Assembly (NCBI GenBank): GCA_026991575.1
Contig: JALXBF010000109.1
Location: 1 to 54,247, forward strand
DNA length: 54,247 nucleotides
DNA from: Planctomycetota bacterium
GTDB lineage: Bacteria > Planctomycetota > Planctomycetia > JALXBF01
Direction: 5' to 3'
Shown: one piece after another, positions 21,605-32,064 of the stretch
Layout: each line of letters starts with the position of its first letter
Numbering within the stretch: the first letter of the stretch is position 1
Made by a program: the position numbers and the translations under genes
Notes under the pieces: model-generated
Seen by the model: only the letters and a program-made list of their open reading frames with translations
What the model was told of the DNA's origin: nothing
The model's database searches: none

Positions 21605-23773
21605 ATGAAGACGACAGCCGACAAATCGCCGCTCCGGGTTGTGCTGCTGGTGGCAAGCGTCGTTGTCAGCCTGAGTCTTGGGTCGGCCAGCAGCGGTCTG
21701 AGCGGTGAGGACAAGCCCATGGCCAGCAAGAAGATCAAAAACCCGGAGGAGCCGGTCCGTGAGGTGATCCACGGGGTGGTTGTCGAGGACCCGTTCCGCT
21801 GGCTTGAGGACGGCGACGCGGCCCGGGTGCGCGAGTGGGCCAGGCGTCAGGACCTCCACACACGGAACATCCTCCATGGTCTGCCCTGGTACGAACAGCT
21901 CAAGCAGCGACTGCTTCAGTTGCACCGGCTGGCGGCGATCGGGACACCCACGCCCCGCGGCCAGCGCGCGTTCGTCCTGGAACGCAGCCCGGAACAGATC
22001 CAGTACGTGCTGGCGGTCTACGAGCTCCGTTCCGGGCAGCGGACCGTGTTGGTTGACCCGAACAAGCTGGCTGCCGACGGGACGGTGGCGATCGACTGGT
22101 TCCACGTCTCACCCGATGGCGAACTGGTTGCCTACGGTCTGTCGGAGGGAGGGAGCGAGCGGAGCACACTGCACATCGTGCGTGCCGACGGTAGCAAGCT
22201 CGATGACGTCATCCCCGCCACGCGTGCATGCAGCCTGGCCTGGTTGCCCGATGCCAGCGGCTTCTTCTACACGAGGTACCCGCTGCCGGGCACGGTGCCC
22301 GCGGGCGATGAGAACTACTACAGGCGGGTGTACTTCCACCGCCTGGGCACCGATCCTAAAGCTGACCCGTTGGTCTTCGGTGCCGACCGGGCACGCGAGG
22401 ACTGGCCTGTGGTGGACCTGTCACCCGACGGCCGCTGGCTGGTAATTACAGTGCATCAGGGCTGGGCGCGCAGTGAGCTTTACGTGGCGGACGTCAGCCA
22501 GGAGCCGTACGTCTTCCGCCCCGTGGCCGAGGGCATCGACGCAATCTTCGACGGCATTGCCCTGAACGACCGCATCCTGATCCACACCAACTGGCAGGCT
22601 GCCCGTTACCGGGTGCTGATCGTGAACCCCCGGCAGCCGGACCTGGCGAAGGCCACGGAGTTCGTGCCCGAGCAACAGGACACGTTGCTTGACGTCGCTG
22701 TCGCCGGCGACAGGTTGCTGTTGACGTACCTCCACAACGCCGTCTCCCGGCTTGTGGTCACCCCGCTGGCGGAGTACCGCCCCAGTCCTGTGGCACTGCC
22801 GTCGATGACGACCATTGCCGGCATCGGGGCCACCCGCGGCAGCCGCGACGCGTTCGTGCGGATCCACTCGTTCGTTCGCCCCACGGAGCTGTACCGCCTC
22901 GGACCCGAGGAACAGAAGCTGGTGCTGTGGCGCAAAGTGCAGGCTCCGATCGACCCGGAGCAGTATGAGGTCAAGCAGGTGTGGTACCGGTCGAAGGACG
23001 GTACGCGCGTGCCGATGTTTCTGGTGTTCCGCCGCGACCTGAAGCCGAACAGTCCCATGCCCACAGTACTTTACGGCTACGGCGGGTTCAACATCAGCAT
23101 CACCCCACGGTTCTGGCCGTCGTTGCCGGTCTGGCTTGATTCGGGTGGTTTGCTGGCAGTGGCGAACCTGCGAGGAGGGGCCGAATTCGGTGAGGCGTGG
23201 CACCGGGCCGGGATGCTGCAGAACAAGCAGAACGTGTTCGACGATTTCATCGCCGCCGCTGAGTGGCTGATCGAACAGGGGTACACCAGTCCGGAGCGGT
23301 TGGCCATTATGGGGCGTTCCAACGGCGGACTGCTCGTGGCCGCGGCGCTGACGCAGCGGCCCGAGCTGTTTCGCGCCGTGATCTGCGGCGTGCCGCTGAC
23401 GGATATGGTCCGCTACCACAAATTCCTGATTGCCCGTCTGTGGATTCCCGAGTACGGCGACCCCGACGACCCACAGCATTTCCGCTGGCTGTACGCTTAC
23501 TCACCGTACCACCGCGTTCGACGCGGTGTCTCGTATCCGGCGGTGTTGATCACGACGGCGGAGTTCGACACCCGGGTTGATCCGGCTCATGCGCGCAAGT
23601 TTGCGGCCCGGTTGCAGAACGCGACTGCGGCCGAAGACCGCCCGATTCTGCTAAGAGTCGAGTCCCGTGCCGGCCATGGGGCAGGCCGACCGGTGACGAA
23701 GGTGGTCGATGAGGAGGCGGACGTGTGGAGTTTCCTGTTCTGGCAGCTAGGTATTGAGCCGGCGCTGCCATGA
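21605..23773 (+). CDS. Prolyl oligopeptidase (S9A), probably secreted
   Basis: DPFRWLED; propeller domain; YGYGGFN; GRSNGG nucleophile, DTRV Asp, AGHG His. Confidence 0.96.
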   Translation: MKTTADKSPLRVVLLVASVVVSLSLGSASSGLSGEDKPMASKKIKNPEEPVREVIHGVVVEDPFRWLEDGDAARVREWARRQDLHTRNILHGLPWYEQLKQRLLQLHRLAAIGTPTPRGQRAFVLERSPEQIQYVLAVYELRSGQRTVLVDPNKLAADGTVAIDWFHVSPDGELVAYGLSEGGSERSTLHIVRADGSKLDDVIPATRACSLAWLPDASGFFYTRYPLPGTVPAGDENYYRRVYFHRLGTDPKADPLVFGADRAREDWPVVDLSPDGRWLVITVHQGWARSELYVADVSQEPYVFRPVAEGIDAIFDGIALNDRILIHTNWQAARYRVLIVNPRQPDLAKATEFVPEQQDTLLDVAVAGDRLLLTYLHNAVSRLVVTPLAEYRPSPVALPSMTTIAGIGATRGSRDAFVRIHSFVRPTELYRLGPEEQKLVLWRKVQAPIDPEQYEVKQVWYRSKDGTRVPMFLVFRRDLKPNSPMPTVLYGYGGFNISITPRFWPSLPVWLDSGGLLAVANLRGGAEFGEAWHRAGMLQNKQNVFDDFIAAAEWLIEQGYTSPERLAIMGRSNGGLLVAAALTQRPELFRAVICGVPLTDMVRYHKFLIARLWIPEYGDPDDPQHFRWLYAYSPYHRVRRGVSYPAVLITTAEFDTRVDPAHARKFAARLQNATAAEDRPILLRVESRAGHGAGRPVTKVVDEEADVWSFLFWQLGIEPALP

Positions 23774-23782
23774 AAGATGCAC

Positions 23783-23820
23783 AAAAAAGCCCCGTTACCC
23801 GGTGCAACCCGGGCAACGGG
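23783..23820 (-). terminator. Intrinsic terminator on the minus strand
   Basis: Minus strand CCCGUUGCCCGG-GUUGCA-CCGGGUAACGGG-GC-UUUUUU: 12-bp stem with one G.U pair (A.C mismatch on plus) followed by a U6 tract. Confidence 0.85.
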
Positions 23821-23900
23821 ACCGGAACAGAGAAGAGGCGAGGGTAATGCGGGCATCGCCAGGGCGACTGGAAGGGGGGACAGCCGCCCTTCGCCTCGGG
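23783..23900 (-). ncRNA. Candidate ~120-nt small RNA (no family recognised)
   Basis: Lies between a near-consensus sigma70 promoter and an intrinsic terminator on the same strand, with no credible ORF; folds into outer stem GAGGCGA/UCGCCUC and hairpin GGGCGGCUG-UCCCCCCUUC-CAGUCGCCC. Confidence 0.65.
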
Positions 23901-23905
23901 TATCC

Positions 23906-23933
23906 ATCCTAACCAATTCCAGTCTGGTGTCAA
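23906..23933 (-). promoter_or_regulatory. sigma70-type promoter TTGACA-N16-TAGGAT
   Basis: Perfect -35 (23928-23933) and 4/6 -10 (23906-23911), pointing at the terminator ~90 nt downstream. Confidence 0.7.
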
Positions 23934-24241
23934 CCGGCGCAGCAGTGCAGTTCGGCTCGTGCCCGCACAGCGGCATTGCAGTTCCCAGGGAGACAGCGAC
24001 CGGCGAGCGGCCGGCGTCGCTTGCCGTGTCGCGGGAGCGAGGAGAGTCACACGGTGTAGGGGGCCGTTGAGCGGTTACGCGTGGGGCCATTGCGCGGTAG
24101 CCAGCTCCAGGGGCTTGCCCGGTCAAGTCAACCACGCGTCGTTGCCACTCCGCCGGCTGCCAGTCTGGACGGAGTGTTCCGTCGTGGCGACGTGCCCGTG
24201 TGTGTGTTGCGGGGGTGCGAGCTCGTTGCGGGGTGCTCTGA

Positions 24242-25342
<1,101 letters not shown>

Positions 25343-25379
25343 TGGCCCGGCCACGGCACGCTCTGGCGAGAAAGACACG

Positions 25380-25408
25380 ACCCCCGGCCCGGTAGGTCGG
25401 GGGTTTGT
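25380..25408 (+). terminator. Probable terminator hairpin between convergent mdh and dnaA
   Basis: ACCCCCGGCC-CGGTA-GGTCGGGGGT followed by a short TTGT tract. Confidence 0.5.
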
Positions 25409-25490
25409 CGTGCGCCGCGGCGGCACAGCGATTGTGAACGGGCCCACACGTGCGAGCGAAGCCAGAGATCAGGGGGCGTCGTTGTCGCGT

Positions 25491-26885
25491 CTAGTAGCCG
25501 AGGCTGCGTTCGATCGCCGCCAGGGCCTCTTCCACTGGCCAGCTCGCGCCGCCAATGGTCAGGATGGCGCGATCCTGGAGCCACTGGCGCACGCGCCGCT
25601 CAGCGGCCATGACGGTCGTGTGTAGCCGGCCGCCGAAGTGCTTGCCGATGGCTTCGTACGAGGCGCCCGTGTGCTTGCGAGCCAGGTACATGGCGAGCAT
25701 GCGTGGGTAGGCGATGCTGGTGGCTCGCGATCGGGAACGGATGGTTTTGGTGTCGAGTTGGAAGAGTCGACAGACGGCCCGTTCGATGTCGCGCAGCGTG
25801 ACGCGCTTGACTCTGCGGTGGAGCAGATCGACGAGTGCTTCGCGGGCGGTTTCCACCGTGAGCTTCCGCTGACGCAACGATGCAGCGGCCAGCAGTCGGT
25901 TGACTGCTCCTTCCAGCTCACGCACGTTGCCGATCACATGGTCGATGACAAACTGTTTGACCGGTTCGCTGAGCTGCAGCCCGATGGCGGCCGCCTTGGT
26001 TTCCAGGATCCGGCGTCGGGTTTCGCGATCAGGCAGGGCCAGTTCGCAGGTGAAGCCGGTGACGAGCCGTTCGCGGAGCGGTTCGGAGAGGGCGTTCAGG
26101 AAGCTGGGGTGCTGATCGCAGGTGACCACCACCTGGTGGTTGTTGGAGACGAGTTCGTCGATGGTATGGAGCAGTTCTCGTTGCGTGGCGTTTGTGCGTG
26201 CGATGAACTGGATGTCGTCCAGCAGCAGGAATCGGGTGCTGCGCATTTCCTTGCGGAACCCGCTCAACTTGCGGGCCTGCATGGCTTCGAGGAAGCGGTT
26301 GGTGAATGCTTCGCTGGTCAGGTAGATGGGCCGGCTACTGCCGCGGCGTCGCTGGGTTTGGTGTTCGATGGCGCGGAGCAGGTGTGTCTTGCCGGTGCCG
26401 AACGGGCCGTAGAGCACGAGCGGGTTGAAAGCGCGGCCGGGGTTCTGAGCCACTTGCTTGGCGGCCACCACGGCCAGTTCGTTGCACGGGCCGACGACGA
26501 AGTTTTCGAACCGGTATCGGGCGGCGGGCAGTTTCGTTTCGTCGGACTCGTCGCCTTCGCTGACCGCGGTGCCGTTGGTGGGCCGGCTCTGGCTGGGCGG
26601 TGCGGCCTCATTGCGACGCATCTGGCGGAACAGTTCCGGGTCGACCACGATGCGCACGCGCACCGCGTGCCCTGTGACGCTATGGGCTGCTTCTCTGAGC
26701 AGTCCGAGGAAGTTTGCCGATAGCCAGTCCTGGAAGAAGAGGTTCGGGACGCCTACGACCAGCTCGCCACCATCCAGCTCGAACTTCGTGTTGTCCCTGA
26801 ACCAGAGGTTATAGCGCAGTTCTCCCACGCGCGCAGCCACCTCGCGCCGGATGGCTGCAGCCAAGCCGGTCTCCGTGACTTTCAC
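25491..26885 (-). CDS. dnaA: Chromosomal replication initiator DnaA
   Basis: Domain I YNLWF/VPNLFFQDWL; FENFVVGPCN; NPLVLYGPFGTGKTHLL; LDDIQF; NVRELEGA; domain IV GGRLHTTV; GTG start after GGGGGA. Confidence 0.95.
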   Translation of the reverse strand: MKVTETGLAAAIRREVAARVGELRYNLWFRDNTKFELDGGELVVGVPNLFFQDWLSANFLGLLREAAHSVTGHAVRVRIVVDPELFRQMRRNEAAPPSQSRPTNGTAVSEGDESDETKLPAARYRFENFVVGPCNELAVVAAKQVAQNPGRAFNPLVLYGPFGTGKTHLLRAIEHQTQRRRGSSRPIYLTSEAFTNRFLEAMQARKLSGFRKEMRSTRFLLLDDIQFIARTNATQRELLHTIDELVSNNHQVVVTCDQHPSFLNALSEPLRERLVTGFTCELALPDRETRRRILETKAAAIGLQLSEPVKQFVIDHVIGNVRELEGAVNRLLAAASLRQRKLTVETAREALVDLLHRRVKRVTLRDIERAVCRLFQLDTKTIRSRSRATSIAYPRMLAMYLARKHTGASYEAIGKHFGGRLHTTVMAAERRVRQWLQDRAILTIGGASWPVEEALAAIERSLGY

Positions 26886-27174
26886 GACTTTTCCCCCAGC
26901 GCTACTTAAAGCACCACACAACCGAGCATCCAGCTCCGTCCCTGCGCACACAGTCCCTGGCGGCGACTGTGGGTGTGTCACGCAGGGGCCCCGGCCATGA
27001 GTGGCCATGACCGGGCAAGGACCGATTGTACCCGCTGCACGGTAGAGGTCAAAAGCTTCCCGGGCGAATTCTTGTCCTTTCCGGCGCGCGATAGCGGTTG
27101 CGCGCAACCGCTGGTGCGCGAAAACCCTGAGAGCGGCAGCAGATTTGCCGGTTGTGCGGCGGCTGTCGATAGCC

Positions 27175-27183
27175 TGTGCATAA
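27175..27183 (-). promoter_or_regulatory. DnaA box (TTATGCACA) upstream of dnaA
   Basis: Matches TTWTNCACA; a one-mismatch box TGATCCACA also lies at 27574-27582. Confidence 0.5.
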
Positions 27184-27205
27184 CCGGCTGCCGCCGCTGC
27201 ACCGG

Positions 27206-27529
27206 TCACCGCCCCCCCTCAAGGCGCCCGCCTAGCTCTGCCGCCAACTCATCAGCACGCACCAGTTCCCGATCCCGTTTCCCCGGCTGCCAGCGGTAGA
27301 CGGTCAGCGGCCCGAGCTGCTCGGGGGGGCGTGGTTTGTGCTGAGCATGCCGCTGGCTGGCCTGCCCATACAGCAACGCCACGTGCTCCCGGCACGCCAG
27401 AGCGTAGGTCTTCAGCTCCGTCAGCACGCCGTCCGTCCAGCGTGCCGCGATCTTGTACACAGCCGGCTGCTCACAGCCACGCGCGGTGCAACGCACCTCG
27501 TAGTGCCAGCCGTCGTCCTTCTGGCTCAT
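27206..27529 (-). CDS. Small conserved hypothetical protein, possible Zn-binding (planctomycete type)
   Basis: C-x4-C..AVYKIAARWTDG..ELKTYALAC..H pattern; directly upstream of dnaA on the same strand. Confidence 0.7.
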   Translation of the reverse strand: MSQKDDGWHYEVRCTARGCEQPAVYKIAARWTDGVLTELKTYALACREHVALLYGQASQRHAQHKPRPPEQLGPLTVYRWQPGKRDRELVRADELAAELGGRLEGGR

Positions 27530-27624
27530 GCCCGCCGTCCCCCGCAAGTAAAATGCTCCAATGTTCCGAACACTGATCCACACCACCGCTAAGTCTAGCC
27601 GAGCGGCGGACGGAGGGTCCGACG

Positions 27625-28875
27625 GTGTCCGAGAAATGGTCCAAGGTGTACATCGTCGGTGTCAGCGACACCGGACTCAGCGGCCTGTCCGATGCTGCCC
27701 GCCATCTGGTGCTGTCTGCTGACCTGCTGGTCGGCGATCCGGACGTCCTGGCCCGGTTCGCGGAACTGGATAGCGAGAAGCAACCTGTCAGCACCGATTG
27801 GGCCCTGGTCTGCGACACGATCGCCCGCCAACTCGGCCACCGTAACATCGTGGTCCTGGCCACCGGCGATCCGCTCTTCTACGGCGTGGCCCGGTACATC
27901 ACGGAGAAGCTGGGGAAGGACCAGGTGGAGATCGTGCCCCATGTCAGCACGATGCAGCTGGCCTTTGCGCGCGTGAAGGAGTCCTGGGAAGACGCCTACC
28001 TGCTGGATCTGGCGCAACGCGACCTGGATGACGTACTGGACCGGATCCGAGTGGCAGCGAAGGTGGGGCTGTTTACGAGCGAGCAGTGGCCGCCGAGCCG
28101 GATCGCACGCGAGCTGCTGGACGCGCAGCTTGACTACTTCACCGCTTACGTCTGCGAAAACCTCGGCTCTCCAGACGAACGGGTCACGCGGGCGGAACTG
28201 GCCGAAGTCGCCGAGATGACTTTTTCGCCGCTCAATGTCATGATCCTGGTGCGCAAGGCGAAGGTGCCGCCGAGGGGGGACCTGCCGCGTAAGCCCGCCC
28301 GCTTCGGCAACCCGGACGACTGGTTCGCGCAGTCCCCGGCCAAGGAAGGACTGTTGACGCACGCCGAGATCCGGGCCGTGGCGCTGGCCAAGCTGGCGGT
28401 GGAACCGTCTAGCGTGGTCTGGGATATCGGTGCCGGTACCGGCGCGGTGGCCATCGAGGCAGCGCTGCTGGCGCCGCAAGGGACCGTCTACGCCGTCGAG
28501 CGGGACGCGGCCGACTTCGACCTGATCCGCTCCAACGCCGAGCGGTTCGAGGTCACCAACCTGGTGCCGATCCACGGCTCAGCACCCGAGGTCCTGGAGC
28601 GGCTTCCGGACCCGGACGCGGTGTTCGTCGGGGCGACGGCGCGCGAACTGGCACCAATCCTGCACGAAGCTTTCCAGCGGCTCAAGCGGGGCGGCCGCCT
28701 CGTCGTGCACGTCGCCACACTGGCAAACCTGAACCAGGCCCTTGCCGAGCTGGGCCAACTACGCCGTGAACCGGACATCTGCCTCCTGCAGGTGGCACGC
28801 GCCGTACATCAGCTGGGCAGCATCCGTTTCGACCCGATCGCCCCATCGTTCCTGATCGCAATCACCAAGGCTTAG
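27625..28875 (+). CDS. cbiET: Precorrin-6Y C5,15-methyltransferase (decarboxylating), CbiE-CbiT fusion
   Basis: VVLATGDPLFYG, STMQLAFARV, ENLGSPDER, EIRAVALAKL, WDIGAGTGAVAIEA, PDPDAVFVG. Confidence 0.93.
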   Translation: MSEKWSKVYIVGVSDTGLSGLSDAARHLVLSADLLVGDPDVLARFAELDSEKQPVSTDWALVCDTIARQLGHRNIVVLATGDPLFYGVARYITEKLGKDQVEIVPHVSTMQLAFARVKESWEDAYLLDLAQRDLDDVLDRIRVAAKVGLFTSEQWPPSRIARELLDAQLDYFTAYVCENLGSPDERVTRAELAEVAEMTFSPLNVMILVRKAKVPPRGDLPRKPARFGNPDDWFAQSPAKEGLLTHAEIRAVALAKLAVEPSSVVWDIGAGTGAVAIEAALLAPQGTVYAVERDAADFDLIRSNAERFEVTNLVPIHGSAPEVLERLPDPDAVFVGATARELAPILHEAFQRLKRGGRLVVHVATLANLNQALAELGQLRREPDICLLQVARAVHQLGSIRFDPIAPSFLIAITKA

Positions 28876-28879
28876 GACC

Positions 28880-29887
28880 ATGAGCACCGCCTCGCTTACC
28901 GCACGGGAACGCATCGAACGAACGCTACGCGGCGAACCGGTCGATCGTGCCCCTGTCGCCACGTGGCGGCACCACCCGCGGCAGGAGGTCACGACGGACG
29001 GGCTCGTCGAAATCACGGTCCGCTATCAGCGTGAACACAACTGGGACCTGGTCAAGATCAACCCCCGGGCCGAGTACCATGCCGAAGCATGGGGCAACCG
29101 CTACGCACTCTACCTGGACGACCACCGCCGGCCCACGCTGCTGGAACACCGGATCACAGAGCCGGCCGACTTCGAGAAACTCGAGGAGCTCGACCCCGAA
29201 GAGGGCGTTCTCGGCGAGCACCTCACCGCGGTACGCCGCATCCGGGAGCAGTTGGGCAACGACGTACCCATCGTCATGACCGTCTTTACCCCGTTGTCCA
29301 TCGCTGCCGAGTTGGCCGGCATCCGCAGGGAAAACCCTGCCCGGATCTTTACCGACCCGGAGCCCCTGCGCGTTGGTCTGGAGCGGATCACACGCACGTT
29401 CGAGGGATTCGTGCGCAGGGTGCTGGAGGCCGGTGCCGACGGCATCTTCCTGGCCACCACGCGGCTCGGCACCAGGAAGTACCTGACCGACGAGCAGTTC
29501 CGCGCCTTCAGCACACCGTACGACCTGCGCATCCTCCAGGCCGCCTCCGCCGGCTGGTTCAACATCCTGCACGTTTGCGGCAGCCAATGCATGCTGGACC
29601 TGACCCGCGACTATCCCGTGCCGGCCTACAGCTGGGACATGGCCGACCGGACCAACCCCGGCCCTGAACTGGTCGCCGTGCAGTGGTGCCGGGTTGCCAT
29701 CGGGGGAATCGATCAGAGGCTGATGAACCGCGCCGACGCCGCGGAGATGATCTGCGCGCAGGCACGCGACGCGTGGCAGCGAGCAGGGGCAGCACGGATG
29801 GTGATCGCCGGCGGCTGCGTGCTGCCCACCGACGTGCGGCCCGAGAACCTGCACCGCCTGAGGCAGTGCGTGGAACAGCTACATTGA
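28880..29887 (+). CDS. Uroporphyrinogen decarboxylase superfamily protein (non-HemE, MtaA/CmuA-like Zn motif)
   Basis: RERI..LRGEPVDRAPV start; TVFTP; AGADGIF; LHVCG and AGGCVL; lacks the HemE MRQAGR motif. Confidence 0.8.
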   Translation: MSTASLTARERIERTLRGEPVDRAPVATWRHHPRQEVTTDGLVEITVRYQREHNWDLVKINPRAEYHAEAWGNRYALYLDDHRRPTLLEHRITEPADFEKLEELDPEEGVLGEHLTAVRRIREQLGNDVPIVMTVFTPLSIAAELAGIRRENPARIFTDPEPLRVGLERITRTFEGFVRRVLEAGADGIFLATTRLGTRKYLTDEQFRAFSTPYDLRILQAASAGWFNILHVCGSQCMLDLTRDYPVPAYSWDMADRTNPGPELVAVQWCRVAIGGIDQRLMNRADAAEMICAQARDAWQRAGAARMVIAGGCVLPTDVRPENLHRLRQCVEQLH

Positions 29888-29932
29888 CGGCTGGACGATG
29901 GCCTGCAGCGTGCGGCTAGCGGAGAACGCACG

Positions 29933-30676
29933 GTGAGCACGACGATCGAATTGCCCGAGAAGCTGGATGTGATCGCGGTCGGCGCGCATCCGGACGATGT
30001 GGAGATCGCCTGCGGCGGCACCCTGGCCTTGCTGGCCCAGCAGGGCTATCGGGTCGGCATCGTGGACTTGACCGATGGTGAGCCGACGCCGTTGTCTCCG
30101 GGCCCGGAGGCCAGACTAGGCGAAGCCCGGCGAGCTGCCGAGATCCTGGGGGTGCATGTGCGCGAAACGCTGGATCTGCAGAACCGGGCGCTGTTCGATA
30201 GCTTCGAGGCACGCGTGGCACTGGCGCGAGTCCTGCGCCGGTACCGCCCCTCCGTGGTAATCGGCCCGGGTGGCGGCACGCCGATGGCGTCACCGGATCA
30301 CTACCAGGCGATGCTCATCACCGATGCAGCCGTCTTCTACAGCCGATTGACCAAATGGGACGCTCACTTCGACCACTTGCCCCCCCACCGCGTCGCCGCC
30401 CTGGTACACTACTGGCTCGCACTGCGTGGCCCCGAGCCGCTGCCCCAAGGGGGGGCATTCGTGGTTAACATCACCCGTACCTTCCAACGCAAGATCCAGG
30501 CGATCCGAGCGTACGAGAGCCAGTTTCCTCCCGAGAAGGAGTACATCTTCCACGTTATCGAAACGGTCAATCGGCACGCGGGCCTGAGAGCCGGGTTCGA
30601 GTACGGGGAACTCTTCCTGTACCATCGACTCGTCGGCACCGAAGACCTGGTCTCGTTGGTCGTGCCGGAAGGTTGA
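29933..30676 (+). CDS. PIG-L family N-deacetylase (BshB1-like)
   Basis: GAHPDDVEIACGGT, DLTDGEPT, R..EARRAAEILG, SPDHYQ, AYESQF. Confidence 0.88.
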   Translation: MSTTIELPEKLDVIAVGAHPDDVEIACGGTLALLAQQGYRVGIVDLTDGEPTPLSPGPEARLGEARRAAEILGVHVRETLDLQNRALFDSFEARVALARVLRRYRPSVVIGPGGGTPMASPDHYQAMLITDAAVFYSRLTKWDAHFDHLPPHRVAALVHYWLALRGPEPLPQGGAFVVNITRTFQRKIQAIRAYESQFPPEKEYIFHVIETVNRHAGLRAGFEYGELFLYHRLVGTEDLVSLVVPEG

Positions 30677-30913
30677 CCGGTTTCGGCGGCCAGTTCGGCC
30701 CTGGCTGCAGCGATGGTTGTCAACGGTGGTACGGAAACACACAATAGCAAGTGTCATGGTAGCCCGACGGGGGTCTCGAGTGACCGCCGTTACTAGAGTG
30801 TGACGCACGCGTTCGATGGTGGTTTGGCCTGGCCGCCCCCGCCACGGGGCCGGGGTGGCCGACCACGTCGCCAGGATCGCTTTTGGTGCGTTGCCGCTAA
30901 AGGAAACCGAACC

Positions 30914-31969
30914 ATGAGACCACTGCTCAGGGAACTGCCGCCATTACTCGCAGCGCTAGTGATCCTGCTGGGCTCGGCTGCAGTGCGCGCGGAGGACAAT
31001 GTCCTGACGCGCGACGGCAAGCGGATCCGGGGCAGCATCGTGTCCGAGTCACGGAGCGAAGTCGTGGTTCGGACGCGCGGCGGCACGACGGAACGGATCC
31101 CCACCGATCAGGTGGAGCGGATTCAGTACGATGGGCCGACCGGCGTGGCACTGACCCAGGCGTTCTTCGCCGAGCGGGCCGGGCGGTTCGAGCAGGCGCT
31201 GAAGCGGTACGATGAGGTGATTCAGCAGAGTGCTGCCGGCTCGCCCCCCCAACTTGCAGCCCGGTTTGGCCGCGTGCGCGTGCTGGCCAAACAGGCGCTG
31301 TTGGACCCGAGCAGGGCAGCGTCCGCGATCCGGGCGCTGCAACAGTTCGTGACTCGTTACAGCTCAAGCCGCCATTACTACCCGGCCCTGGTCCTGCTGG
31401 CGCGCCTGGAGCTTGCCTCGGGTGATCAGAACGCTGCTGCCGAGACGCTGCGCTTGCTGGAACAGGCACCTTTGGCTGGGTTCCGGGCGACTGCGGTGAT
31501 CGAGTCGGCGCGGTTGCAGGCGGAAGCGGGCCAGGCGGCGCAAGCCGAGCAGAAGCTCCGCGCGCTGCTGGAGGAGAAGCTGCCGCAGGAAAGCCAGTGG
31601 CGGGCTCGGTTGGCGCTGGCCGAAGTACTGGCTGCGTCGGGAAAGTTCGACGAGGCGGAGAAGCAAGCCAGGCGTGTGATCGACGCGGTGCCTGCCGAGA
31701 ACGCGGCACTGAACACGGAGGCGTTCCTTGTGCTGGGGCGCATCTACGAGCGGGCCAAGAAGCCGATCGATGCCATCCTGGCCTACCTGTACATCGATCT
31801 CAACTACCCGAACGCGGGCCAGGCACGGGCTCAGGCGCTGGCCCGCCTGGCCGAACTGTGGCAGGAGGTCGGGCGGCCCGATCGGGCACGGCAAGCGCGG
31901 GAACAACTCGTACAGGACTATCCGAACAGCCGCTGGGCACAACAGCTCAAAGCGGCTGAAGACCGGTAA
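30914..31969 (+). CDS. Secreted TPR protein
   Basis: Signal peptide ending AVRA; short beta N-domain; TPR helices; DAILAYLYIDLNYP and LVQDYPNSRWA C-terminus. Confidence 0.8.
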   Translation: MRPLLRELPPLLAALVILLGSAAVRAEDNVLTRDGKRIRGSIVSESRSEVVVRTRGGTTERIPTDQVERIQYDGPTGVALTQAFFAERAGRFEQALKRYDEVIQQSAAGSPPQLAARFGRVRVLAKQALLDPSRAASAIRALQQFVTRYSSSRHYYPALVLLARLELASGDQNAAAETLRLLEQAPLAGFRATAVIESARLQAEAGQAAQAEQKLRALLEEKLPQESQWRARLALAEVLAASGKFDEAEKQARRVIDAVPAENAALNTEAFLVLGRIYERAKKPIDAILAYLYIDLNYPNAGQARAQALARLAELWQEVGRPDRARQAREQLVQDYPNSRWAQQLKAAEDR

Positions 31970-32064
31970 CGATTCTTCCTCCAGCCTGGTTTCCGTCAGT
32001 CAACGGGGGCCGCGGGCAACAGCGTACTACTTCTTGAAGCGTCAACAGGAGGCTCGGGTACCCG

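Noticed and set aside
26886..27205. Possible oriC upstream of dnaA
   Set aside because: Only one consensus DnaA box, and no AT-rich unwinding element or DnaA-trio array visible; autoregulation is more plausible
28880..29887. hemE assignment
   Set aside because: Lacks the MRQAGR substrate-binding motif and has a Zn-type HxC motif instead
32015..32045. Autoregulatory ECF promoter GGCAAC..CGTC
   Set aside because: Spacer of 19 nt is longer than the usual 16-17; not supportable
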